Under the pieces are notes generated by a model. It ran no database searches. It was given only the letters and a program-made list of their open reading frames with translations, and was not told where the DNA came from. The translations under genes and the position numbers were made by a program. A stretch of DNA of 64,000 nucleotides from Mobula hypostoma (Eukaryota): assembly GCF_963921235.1 (NCBI RefSeq), contig NC_086108.1:61878001-61942000 (forward strand), given 5' to 3'. The stretch's first letter is position 1, and each line of letters begins with the position of its first letter. Shown here one piece after another: positions 51,923-64,000 of this stretch.

Positions 51923-52826
51923 GGCTACGTCCACACTAGACCAGATAATTTTGAAAACGCCAGTTTCGAGTAAAAACGACAGGTGTCCACACTATGCGTT
52001 TTTTCAAAGTATCTCTGTCCACACCAAAACGGATACTTGGGTGAATCTACTCCTACTGGGCATACACAGACATATCTGCAGAAAACAAGCGAAGAGGAAA
52101 CGGTATAATATTTACATTTCCGCGGCAGCGTTGTGCTATTTCCAAAAAATAAAACTAGAGTGCCAACAACAGCAAAAGAAAGTTTTCAACAATGTCTTCG
52201 AGGGATATAAAGAAAACATTCGCTGAAAAAATCAGACCGACTTCTTCGTTTAGACAGATGCTGAAGTCGAGCTGTTTCTGCGAGTTACAAATGACTACAA
52301 AGTCAGCAAAGCAGTAGAGATGTTTAATTTCAAACAAATTATTAATGTAGACAATAAAGTAAACAACACACGCATGAAGCCCTCCTCTACCCAGGATCAA
52401 CAAGAGACTGGAATCTCCTGCAGCCAGAATTGCACAGTATTTCTGACATTAATATTTTTAAAGATAGACTCAATCAAATCAATTTAGGGGATCTAGTCAA
52501 AAAAGCTCACTTTACAATTTAACTCTCACGTTGTTCACACCGACTGCGCGTTATAACAGCCGTCTGGCAGTGCTTGCACAGTACCAAGCAGAAGCAGAAA
52601 AAGCATTGTTGTTGTGGTATTGTCATGACAATGTTTTTAAATCTCTCCGTTTTCCCTGTCCACACTACAACCGAAACAATCGTTTTCAAATTTACACACT
52701 CTGGAGAGTGTTTTCAAAAATCTCCGTTTTCAGGGGATGAAAATGCCGTTTCAGTGTGGACGGAGAGTCAAAATGAAGAGAAAAAGCTTCGTTTTCAAAA
52801 TTATCCAGCATAGTGTGGACGTAGCC
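51923..52826 (+). mobile_element. PIF/Harbinger non-autonomous element retaining a Myb/SANT-like ORF remnant, inserted into a Penelope repeat
   Basis: TIRs GGCTACGTCCACACTA and TAGTGTGGACGTAGCC. 3-bp flanks TAA/TCA. DFFV*TDAEVELFLRVTNDYK at about 52239-52301. Confidence 0.8.
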
Positions 52827-54203
52827 TCAACTTCCTCCACTTTTTCAATCCGGGTGAAGGGTTTTGACCCAAAATGTCAAGTCCAGTTCAAACCATGACT
52901 AGTTAATCCATCGAGTTCCTCTAGCAGTTTGTATTTTTTGCTCCAGATTACCTGAAGCTAATTGGACAATAAAGAGAAATTCTTGAATTTACCAAGTTTC
53001 AGCTACTAATAATGATATCATCAGAATATTTACCACAGGTTCAAACTCATTAAGTTGCTTATCCAAGACAGATGAATGAATTTTAGAAAGTCTATATTTT
53101 TGCTATTAGCTGCTTGAAAGATGGTGCAGCAGTATTGTTGTGACTGGCCATTATCCTTTTCCTACAACTACACAGAAAATTATATTTTTATCATCGCATT
53201 TCAGAAAAATATTTTCCTTAGATTTACTTCATGGGATATCAAATCTGACAAAATAAAGAAGTCAGTTTTTTTGATGGAAGTAATGGAAGCCTGTTGGTGC
53301 ATAGCCCATTAGAATTATGTTTTTATTTCTGAAGGACCAGCAGGTCTGGAACCCTATCTTTGTTTGGATAAGCTCATCATGTGTGCCATTTGATCCATTG
53401 CAGGTCCCAACTATTTCATGTCAATTTTCTGTATATGTGAAGGATGGATTCCTCTTCAACAGCAAGCAATCTACTACGCTTTAATCAACTCTTTTGTCTA
53501 CCTTTGCTATAAATTAGCCAGATTATGAAGAGGGCAGTTCTATTTTGTCTGCTAAATAGCACAAAAGATATGCTGTAATTTTATGTGATTGAATTCACGT
53601 TGCATTCAATTCTTTGGCCATCTACAGGTCTGTGAAGAATCAGTTTGCAGTAATTGCTTAAGCAACATTAGCACCTGGTGGTGAATTGGATAATATCAAA
53701 TAAGATCCACGTTTACAGTGGGGTTATTATACCTGAGGTTCAAGTGTCCATTGACCGTTTTATCTCAGAAGCAGATAAATATCTTTCCTGAAAAAAGTGT
53801 TTCAGACTTTTACCTAATATATAAGGGTCATACACTTTGGTATCAATAGACCTGACATTTATCTAATGTGATGCCCTTTGTGAACACTCAGATGCAAAAG
53901 CTATAATTTTTAGCCCCGACAGCTAGATAAAAATGAGACATTAAGGTTTTGGTGGAATATGAGCGAAATGAAGGGGAAATAGGGGTGAAGAGTTGAACTA
54001 TCACAGCATGTGTCTTACTGCGCTCCGTACTGCAATGACATACAATATCCTTGAGAAAGCAGACTAAACTAACAGGCAGAATTAAATGCAGACAAAGAAG
54101 CATGCATATAGATGGGAGGATCACAAAACCAGGAGCATTTACATACAGTTTCTATGTATGTTAATTAGTCTCTGCTGCCCAGTAGAAATCTGTACTCATG
54201 CTA

Positions 54204-54522
54204 CGAGGGGTGATTGATAAGTACATGGCATAAGGTAGAAGAAGTCAATTTTACAAAACCTAACACATTTATTTTTCAACATAGTTCCCTCCTACATTTA
54301 CACACTTAGTCCAGCAGTCATGGAGAATACGGATCTTGGACCTCCAGAAAGTGCCTACAGCAGGGATAATTGATAAGTTCATGGCCTAAGGTAGAAAGAG
54401 ATGAGTTATACAGCTCTTGTTACATGAACATGCAATTCAACCCTGAGTGATTATGCAGAAAGTTTGAAGTTAATAACTTACCTCCTTCTACCTTAGGCCA
54501 CGAACTTATCAATCACCCCTCA
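54204..54522. mobile_element. Mariner-derived MITE, same family as 17804-18188
   Basis: TA-CGAGGGGTGATTGATAAG ... CTTATCAATCACCCCTCA-TA, with an internal TIR copy. Confidence 0.85.
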
Positions 54523-55109
54523 TAGTTGAACAGTTTATCAGTAATGATTTTTTTTTATTTTGGTTAATTCAAACTTGTTTTTTCACTGCTAAAGACTGAA
54601 GTTGGGCTCACTTGCTGATAAGGAAAGAAAATCTTGAAATGTGAACTTCATTATTTTGTTAATGTTTTTTCAGATACGGTAAGTTATTCTCAGTTTAAAA
54701 AGCCTTTTTCATTCAGCACTAAAATCAAGAAGAAGCAGCCATTTGTAGAAGGAAGATATGAAAAATACATGATAATGCAGCCTATATAATGCCCCCATAA
54801 AGTTGATCATCTTTGGAAACTTTTCATGGAGCTGACATTAAACCTTTCCAGTTTGCATTTCCCAATACAACATCAACAACAAACAATTTCATTTATATAG
54901 GATTGTTAGCAGCATAAATCCACAGAAATTCCAAGCTTGCCAGAATACTTAATCTCCCAACGTTTTCTACTTCGAGTTAGTATCTGGTCAAAGATTTTCC
55001 AAACCTTGGCCCTTGGTGCTGGTTTCTGCATCTTTATGTGGAACAATGCCTTTCTTGAGATAAACTACGCTAAAGATATGAATGAACAACAACTGAAATA
55101 TCTGCCCTG

Positions 55110-55742
55110 TGTAGGGGGTTTCTTCTTTTATGGTTACTGCTAAGGCTATAAAAATGGCTTCTTTGTTACGTTAGAATAAAATGGCTTCTATGTTATGTTA
55201 ACTGCTGAGAAAGTACTTCTCTCTCGCAGCTTGTTTGGGTTATATTACTGATAAGAGCATTGTATTCATTTGCTAATCAATTGGGATAGATGTTACTCTT
55301 TTTTGTGTGTCTGTAAGCTATTGTTTCACGGGCTTTGGGGCGGAAAGTGGATGGGGACAGAGAGAGGAGATGCGATGCTGTAAGCTGGAGAGCGGGTTGG
55401 ACCCCGAGTGGGAGTCCGAGGCCCAGGGTCTTCGGCGGGTCGAGGAGGCCGAAGGGGATCGAATGGTGGAAAGAAAACTTTGTTAATTGAGCTCCAACTG
55501 TTGTGCATGGAGTGGTTGAACTTTGATAAGTTTGGTGCCTTTTACTTTCCTTTTGTATTTTATCTCTATTAATTACATAGTTCCAGTAAGATCTATAAAG
55601 TGTAAGCATATGGTGTATTGTCTGTTATTTGGCGGGGTGGGGTACATCACACAAACTTGATTACCCAGTTTGGTGGGGCCGAAGGCTGCTCCCCCTAGAC
55701 AAAAGTGAGCTGAGCGAGCCTGAGGCTTACCAGGGGGCTACA
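55110..55742. mobile_element. Solo LTR (about 633 bp)
   Basis: TGTAG...CTACA termini, 4-bp flanks CCTG/CTTG, CpG-retaining interior. Confidence 0.65.
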
Positions 55743-55777
55743 CTTGTGTAGAGCAATACCTTATGAGTGAGACCTAA

Positions 55778-56947
55778 TAAAAGGTCCCACACAGGAGATT
55801 AGTGTGCAAACTTAAAGCACACGGTATTGGGGGTAAGGTATTGGTGTGGGTGGAGAATTGGTTAGCAGACAGGAAGCAAAGAGTGGGAATAAATGGGACC
55901 TTTTCAGAATGGCAGGCGGTGACTAGTGGGGTACCGCAAGGCTCAGTGCTGGGACCCCAGTTGTTTACAATATATATTAATGACTTGGATGAGGGAATTA
56001 AATGCAGCATCTCCAAGTTTGCGGATGACACGAAGCTGGGTGGCAGTGTTAGCAGTGAGGAGGATGCTAAGAGGATGCAGGGTGACTTGGATAGGTTGGG
56101 TGAGTGGGCAAACTCATGGCAGATGCAATTTAATGTGGATAAATGTGAAGTTATCCACTTTGGTGGCAAAAATAGGAAAACAGATTATTATCTGAATGGT
56201 GGCCGATTAGGAAAAGGGGAGGTGCAACGAGACCTGGGTGTCATTATACACCAGTCATTGAAAGTGGGCATGCAGGTACAGCAGGCGGTGAAAAAGGCGA
56301 ACGGTATGCTGGCATTTATAGCGAGAGGATTCGAGTACAGGAGCAGGGAGGTACTACTGCAGTTGTACAAGGCCTTGGTGAGACCACACCTGGAGTATTG
56401 TGTGCAGTTTTGGTCCCCTAATCTGAGGAAAGACATCTTTGCCATAGAGGGAGTACAAAGAAGGTTCACCAGATTGATTCCTGGGATGGCAGGTCTTTCA
56501 TATGAAGAAAGACTGGATGAACTGGGCTTGTACTCGTTGGAATTTAGAAGATTGAGGGGGGATCTGATTGAAACGTATAAGATCCTAAAGGGATTGGACA
56601 GGCTAGATGCGGGAAGATTGTTCCCGATGTTGGGGAGGTCTAGAACGAGGGGTCACAGTTTGAGGATAGAGGGGAAGCCTTTTAGGACCGAGGTTAGGAA
56701 AAACTTCTTCACACAGAGAGTGGTGAATCTGTGGAATTCTCTGCCACAGCAAACTGTTGAGGCCAGTTCATTAGCTATGTTTAAAAGGAAGTTAGATATG
56801 GCCCTTGTGGCTACAGGGGTCAGGGGGTATGGAGGGAAGGCTGGGTTCTGAGTTGGATGATCAGCCATGATCATAATAAATGGCGGTGCAGGCTCGAAGG
56901 GTCGAATGGCCTACTCCTGCACCTATTTTCTATGTTTCTATGTTTCT
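55778..56947 (+). mobile_element. Young 5'-truncated CR1 LINE with an uninterrupted ORF2 C-terminus (349 aa)
   Basis: ORF 55802..56851 is open from the RT core (QGSVLGP, KFADDTK) to its natural stop. (TTTCTATG)n tail. Confidence 0.95.
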
Positions 56948-57759
56948 AAAACATCTGAAGCGATGATTTCACCCCTTTCCCTTAAAGCTTCCACACTTCA
57001 TTTCAGAATGATACATCTTCCAATGCATTGGAATCTTACCACTCTTACAAAAGAAAAGAACAGTACAAGGCTGTTGTCTGCCAAGCTGTACCACCTCTGC
57101 ACATTTGGTTAAAAGTGTGGAATTTGTGGGATGATTACAACTGTCAATTAATGTCCCAATATGTTTTCAGTACCAGCAACAAAAGAAGAATTTATCCTTT
57201 CATGTAGTTTTAACACCCTCATTTCCACATATTAGATAAATGCCATGGCTGTTGGCATTCATAAAAAGCATTGCTCACTTTACGAAAGCTGCCTTGACAC
57301 TGAAAGTGGTACAGAGGGCTTGATAGAACAGTTCTGCAGTCATCGCAATTGTCCTGAGTCTGGGATATGTCAAGGAAATGGAAAATTTACCCTCTTACTC
57401 CTGAACCGTTCACATCAGAAAGACATTATCTGATGGATCGAATTGAAGTTTATCTCATTCCATCATCCATCTTTCTGTGAAGCTTGGTGCCTGGAAGAGG
57501 GATCGCTAATTCAGTGCCACCTCAGGCTATAACGCCCAACTAAGTAGAAATTGCCTTAGGTGTTCAAATTTGTTTTGAGGTTCAAGATGGAAAAGGTCTT
57601 CTAACCATTTTTTAGTCCTGATGGAAAAGCTATTGTACTCCTAGTATTGATAAAGAAAGTTCCCTTTTGTGCTCAAGAAGGATGAATGTAATCATCATTC
57701 TCACTTCAGCAATCCCAAATCCCTATCCCAAATTCTAAACATTAACACCAACCAAACTA

Positions 57760-59373
57760 CAGGTGTCCCCCACTTTTCGAATGTTTGCTTTAGGAAACCT
57801 CACTGTTATGAAAGACCTACATTAGTTCCCTGTTTTCACTAACAGAAGGTGTTTGCACTGTTACGAAAAGAATCAGCGCGCGATAAAAAATTAGCACGCG
57901 CCCTGAGCAGCCGCACTCCCCAGGATTTGGAACGGCATTCTCGCCGGCATTGCTTAAACACGTGCCTGTGAGCAGCCGTTTGCAAGATGAGTTCTAAGGT
58001 ATCGGAAAAGCCTGAAAGAGCTCATAAGGGTGTTACACTTGGCGTAAAACTAGACATAATTAAGCGTTTCGATCATGGTGAACGAAGTAAGGACAAAGTG
58101 AGTTTGGCTTGTGGAAGTTGACGAACATGATGTTGAAGAGGTTTTGGCATCCCATGGCCAAGAACTGATAGATGAAGAGCTGATGCAATTGGAAGAGGAA
58201 AGGATAACAATTGAAACCGAATGCAGTAGCGAACTGAACATGAAGCAACTACGTGAGATTTTCGCTGCAATGATAAAATACGACTTTAATTTTGAAAGGG
58301 TACATAGATTTAGGGGATATTTGCAGGATGGTTTGAGTCTTTATAAAGAACTGTATGATAGAAAAATGCGCGAGGCTCAGCAGTCAAACAAGCTTCCACA
58401 TCAGCCGCAGCAGACGACGAACCTCGACCTTCGACATCGAGGTGGGCAGTCATGGGAGAAGATGAGCTGCCTGCCCTAATGGAAACAGACGACGACGAGA
58501 TGACACCCCAATGTCCCACCACCCCAACCCCCAGGCCACGGACAGATACCGATTCCCGGAGAATGCAGCGGTAGCCGGGAGGCACACAGCACATCTTTAA
58601 GAAAAAAGCCAAAATAAACATGATAATTAATTACATGCTGCCTGACACGTAATTGTCAGCCCAGATCAGAGGTGATGCAATCGGCAATCACCTCTCATCT
58701 GGGCCGACAATTACGTGCCAGGCGGCACCTAATTAATAGGCATGTTTATTTCGGCTTTTTTCTTGAAGATGTGTTGGGTGCCTGCCGGCTACCGCTGTAC
58801 CCCTGCATGCTTCGCGGATCAGTATCGGTTCGCTGCCCGGAGGGTGGGAGCCACTGCACCACCCAAACTCCAACGACTCAGTCTAACACACCATCATCAG
58901 TGTGCTCGGCAAGCTGTCTTCCCGATTCCTGTAAGTGATACTACACTGTACATACATTATTTCTACTTAGGCTGTGTATTTTTACGTGTTATTTGGTATG
59001 ATTTGGCAGCTTCATAGCTTAATGGTTACTAGAGAGAGTTTTTTTGCCAACAGCGCTTGTGTGAGATTTTCTGCTGAGAGCACATGCACCCTATTTTTGC
59101 CAACGGCGCTTGCATGAGATTTTTGCTACGGACAACAGTGCAGGCAATGATTGTGGAGAAGTATTTCTACTTTATATAGGCTGTGTATTTATCATATCAT
59201 TCCTGCTTTTACTATATGTTACTGGGTTTTATGTGTTATTTGGCATGATTTGGTAGGTTATTTTTGGGTCTGCGAATGCTAAATAAATGGTAATTGCTTC
59301 TTCGCTTTACGACATTCTGGCTTATGAACCGTTTCATAGGAACGCTCTACCTTCGGATGGCGGGGGAAACCTG
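57760..59373 (+). mobile_element. Internally deleted Tigger element, same family as 23182
   Basis: TA-CAGGTGTCCCC ... GGGGGAAACCTG-TA. 57760-58095 aligns to 23182-23545. Transposase C-terminal remnant in ORF 58111..58479. Confidence 0.9.
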
Positions 59374-59439
59374 TATCCTGTGGCTGATATGCATGGCATG
59401 GTGTCTTGCTTCATTGCAAAAGAAAATATTTGAATGCCA

Positions 59440-59626
59440 AGGGTCATTACCACCTATCACCTTCCAGTTAGCCTCCTCCCCCTCCCCCCACCTTTTTATT
59501 CTAGCATCTTCCCCCTTTCTTCTCAGTCCTGAAGAAGGGTCTCAGCCTGAAACGTCGACTGTTTATTTATTTCCATAGATGCCACCTCAGCTGCTGAGTT
59601 TCCCCAGCATTTTGTGTGTGTTGCTT
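59440..59626 (+). mobile_element. Penelope terminal-repeat fragment
   Basis: Matches 15660-15830 and the reverse complement of 21823-21990. Confidence 0.8.
59524..59561 (+). ncRNA. Minimal type I hammerhead ribozyme motif with intact catalytic core
   Basis: Stem I CAGTC/GACTG, core CTGAAGA, stem II AGG/CCT, GAAAC, GTC cleavage triplet at 59554-59556. Confidence 0.75.
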
Positions 59627-62022
59627 TAAATAGAAGCAGGAGTAGGCTATTTAACCCCTCATTCAACTATTCTGCCATCCTCAAAAAATAGGGATCATTA
59701 TTTATCCTACAAATACTTTGATTTCTTTAATATCTAAAACTCTTTAGATTTCACTCTCAGAATACACCCAATGACTCAGCTTCAATGGTCCTCTTGAGTC
59801 AATGATTGCAAGGATGTACTGTGCTGTGGGTGAAGAAGTTTCTTCTCATATCAACCCCAAATGGCCAAAGCACCAACCTGGAGAAATATCTTCTTCTCTG
59901 CATCACTATTATGGAATAATTTACCTCGTGGATGGGAATCCAACTTTCACCAGTAATGAAGGTTGTCCTTCCTTCTGAGTAGCACTTTGATTAATGACAA
60001 TTCGTAAGCTTGCAAACACTCAAAGTCTACTTCATGGTAGCAAATACAGAGACATATAACATATTTTGGAAAGCATTCAAACAGAAGGACTAAGCACCAT
60101 TTTTAATAGCATACAAATGTGGTAGTGTCCAGTTACTGTCAATCACTAAGAATCTAATATTCTGCTCCAAGTAAAATAGTTAAAAAAGAATAAAATATTT
60201 TGATAACAAATTCTGATTAAGAAATGTGTCATGGCTAAAAGAAGAAAATGAAAATTATTTCTACGTCTGTAGCAATAAATAAAGTTATCTCCTTCCTTCC
60301 AAGATTCACTCCAAGGACTGGTCCTATGAAAAACAATCTCATGTTGATACAGTCATGCCTACTACACAATCCCATTTGTTTTCAATTCCCTTTGGATGGG
60401 ACTTACAGGATCTCCCTTGTAAGGAATATACATCTCATCTTTTCGATCCAATGCCAACATTAATATACTTCTTCAACAAATCAAAGGATCAGGTTCCAGA
60501 GAGAGTTTCCATGGTAACACAATCATAAAATGTGCAAATTTTATTTAGGATCTTGTTCACAAGCTTTATATAGAAACCATTTTGGCCAGGATCAATGACT
60601 TGGAAAAATAATCTACTGCATGTCTGTTTATTAAATTTAATGTAATATTATTAACATAACAAAAATGTCATAATTGCCTCCTTAGTATCTTGTGAACGGC
60701 ATGAAAAGCTCCAATTTCCTGCTATGAAAGACATGACATGCTTTAAATGCAGTAAACCCAGTATTTTATGAAGGAAACTGCATTCTGGATAGTTTGGATT
60801 CCAATCATTTTTCTGGTAATTTGATTGATAATAGCTGCAGCTTAATGTCAAAACATAAAGTTTCTCTGTCTAGGTCTGAAGGATTGACAGGAATGTAGTT
60901 TTTTTTTTAAAAATACATGTGCAGACATCTTCAAATAGCTTGTTTGAAGGAAGAACTTTCCTTGTTTTGTTCATCCAACTTCTGGGAGCTACAGAACTTC
61001 ACAGGATTTATTTAGGCTCTACCCAATGGAGAAAAAGGAAATCGCAGTTTAGACTTAAACTTATTTTTCATGACGAAATATTTATTTGAACATCTGATTA
61101 ATCCTTATAGAAGGAAACTGCCTCATTCATCTTCGACTGAACCTGTATCATGTTGATATTGGACACATGATCATTCACTCTATTTTGCAAAATTTGATTC
61201 AGATACAGATTCATTTATTTATCACATGTACTTCAAAACATACAGTGAAATGCATAATTTGTGTTGACAACCAATAGAATCTTAGGATGTGTTGGTGGCA
61301 GCCCAGATGTTTTGCCACACATTCCAGCATCAAAATAGCATACCCATAATGTTCAGCAGAACAACACAAACAACAGCAATAACAAGAGAACAAAGGCAAA
61401 ACAAAACAACAGCAAAACAAGCCCTTCTCCTACCTCCCACCTCTTTATACATACATACATACACACACACACAGTCCTCCAACACTAGAATAAGCCTGAA
61501 ATCTGTCCATGGAGTTCCCTCATCACACACCCACATCTCTAGACTTCAAACATGGAGCAAAGGTCTGGACTCTAGCCAGATCTCAAACTCCCTACCATCT
61601 CTGCCCTTAAACCATAAGCTGACCTCTAACTCCTCTCTCATTCTCCTAAACTATTCCTAGGAACTTTAGCATACCACTTAATATTTGATGAAGTAAATTG
61701 CCTTTTGTAAAATTGCATTCCACAGAAGAATGTCCCATCTGATGATCTGAGGTTATATATTTCTGCAGGTACCCTTTCTCATCTCCAGTACAAATACTGT
61801 ATCAGTTCCCATAACAAGGTTTGTGTTTCCTGTGAGTAAAAGTAAAAATTGTGTCCTGGTTAATATGGTTATTCCTGTTTAGGACCAACAACCTGTCCCA
61901 TTTCTGTCTTCTGGATGTTCATCTACACCACTACTGTTGTAGCAATTTGAATTACTTATCAAATTTCTTCAGTGGCGTAATCATTGACAGGAACAGATGC
62001 AAAAGCATGTTGTGTTAAATTA

Positions 62023-62182
62023 CACAACAAAATGCTGGTGGAACACAGGATGCCAGGCAGCATCTATAGGAAGAGGTACAGTTGACGTTTCGGGCTGAGA
62101 CCCTTCGCCCTGACCTGCTGCGTTCCACCAGCATTTTGTGTGTGTTGCTTGAATTTCCAGCATCTGCAGATTTCCTCGTGTT
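62023..62182. mobile_element. Short Penelope-derived insertion made of two inverted terminal-repeat pieces
   Basis: CAAAATGCTGGTGGAAC...GTTCCACCAGCATTTTG inverted arms. 10-bp direct repeat TGTTAAATTA at 62013-62022 and 62183-62192. Confidence 0.8.
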
Positions 62183-63744
62183 TGTTAAATTAATTCAATT
62201 CAAATGAAAACTTGGGAAAAACTCACAAAGTAGGTAAACTTGGTCTTCAGTACAAAGCCCTATGCAAAACTTTGATTTTTTGCTGATCCTTTACATAGTG
62301 TTGAACAACTACAGACAATAATGTGTGGAACTCTTCAACAATTATTGATAAAGCAATAATCTTAAATACCGTGAAAATTACTCAGGGGATAACATGTGAC
62401 CCATGTTGGAGATACTCTCCACAGGTGCTGCTTGACCTGCTGAGCATTTTATTGTTACTACTTCTGACATTTGTATGTTTAAAGGTGATTTTAAACATAC
62501 AAGTTGTTTTGCTCAAAATTTACAGTTTTGAAGCTAATGAAGTCTCTTTCTCCTTTACATTGTAGCTTTCCCTCCTTTGGTTCTTTCCAGACTCAGCTGT
62601 AACAAGGAACACCGTGAAAACTGAAGTGGCAGGCAGCAAGGGTACCGAAGACTGCAGCAGATCCAGCACCTACCAGAAGACCCACCAGCTACCAGCCCCA
62701 GTAGGCAACCGTGAAAAAGTAATCAGGGTGTGAACCTTGACAAAAGGTCAGAACAGCTCAGGTTAGACTTTGGGTGACAGATAACAGATTTTGCAGAACA
62801 GCAGTATTTCATGTTAGGAACTGTTAGGAATTTGCAGGGACATTTTAATTGCCTGTATTATTGCTCAGTGAATCTCTTCCATATAAACCTCCAGAAAAAA
62901 AAATGAAGCAAAACACTGAGGAACTTAAGTGACATATTCTACATATTTTCAAATATAATGAGCACAACTGTTGTTGTATTCGTATTTACATTAAAGTCAA
63001 TAATCCAATAGTTGAAACAGCATTTGATATTAGATAAATCAATGTGACTTCCACTAATGTAATGGAGATAATACTTCATAGCATGATATTGTTTAAATTG
63101 GATTATTGTATGGACCAGAAACATGTATTTTCTGCTTTACGTGAAAAAGATGAAAGCTTCCCCAATCTGCCGACAGTCAACACTTGAAGACTTTAACTTC
63201 CTCCCATTTCTGTCAGTACCCTTAGTCCTGCTACTAGTTTACAGAGGCATTCACTCTCCTGTTTCAGCTGCCCATTCTTGTCACTGTCAGTCAGTATTGC
63301 ACCATAGCTGACATCACTGATAAGTCTGGTGTTTCATAAAGCCCTTGCCTGTCATTTACCAACATGGTTTTACCTCCAAGAGTGATAGGACGGCAATAAG
63401 AAGCGAAGACCGTGGATGATTATCCCCATCTGATTAGCCCACCTGCTGAGAAATCACTTAAAGTAACCCTACCAGCAGTGAGATCAGCTAATTCACCATA
63501 AAGAATAGATCCAACGCAAGACCTAGCTGGGTTGCAGGCTTCAGTTTCACCTGAGAGAGTGCAGCTCCCAAATGAGCCCCTGGCAGAGCTCTCAAGCGTT
63601 TGCAGAATTATTCATTCATTTATGCTGAATAATTCCAAGAACATTTGGAGTTTTCAAAAGCAAAATAGGTGCTTCATGATACAAAACTCAGAAATATTTT
63701 ATATAAAAAGCAATACTGGATATTGAGGTGAGTGAGACACCCCT

Positions 63745-64000
63745 CACCCCCCACCATTCTAACCAATTTTTACAGGAGCACCATTGAGAGTGTCCTGAGC
63801 AGCTACATTACTGTCTGGTACAGGAATTGTAGGGCATCTGACCACAAGTCCCTACAAAGGACTGCACAGATGGCTGACAGGATTATCAGGGTATCTCCTC
63901 CACCCAACAGAGATAGTAATCAGGAGCACTGCCTATGCAAGGCCCTTAGCTTTGTCAATGATCCCTCCTATCCGTCCAACAATCTCTTTGACCCCCTATG
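63745..64000 (+). mobile_element. Rex1/Babar-type LINE fragment (runs off the window end)
   Basis: ILTNFYRSTIESVLSSYITVWY...KSLQR. Confidence 0.75.

Noticed and set aside
1..64000. CRISPR arrays, rRNA/tRNA genes or prokaryotic operons
   Set aside because: None seen; the DNA is eukaryotic and repeat-rich, and the short tandem repeats are retroelement tails or microsatellites

Overview
Repeat-dense, roughly 40% GC vertebrate genomic DNA with no convincing host protein-coding gene. The repeat inventory suggests a cartilaginous fish, probably a ray (inference): CR1, Rex1/Babar, L1, RTE and Penelope-like retroelements, a V-SINE, Tc1, Tigger, hAT, Harbinger and mariner elements, and a Gypsy element. 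The main finding, invisible in the ORF track, is an ancient, shattered endogenous foamy-like retrovirus on the minus strand at 14138-27906. It has two diverged LTRs (about 1.1 kb reconstructed), a perfect 4-bp TTGT target-site duplication inside an older CR1 LINE, a degenerate tRNA-Lys1,2 primer-binding site and a polypurine tract. Its pseudogenic connection/RNase H, integrase (HHCC and C-terminal) and Env (leader peptide, SU, TM) segments match prototype foamy virus proteins motif for motif. The provirus carries about ten nested insertions and two misplaced, mutually inverted gag-like fragments. Other notable items: minimal hammerhead ribozyme motifs in Penelope terminal repeats (one with an intact core at 59524-59561), a 106-bp-arm foldback palindrome in a Tigger transposase gene, and a decayed Gypsy element (30605-38014) with three nested LINEs. 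All protein comparisons are by-eye alignments to recalled reference sequences, not database searches.
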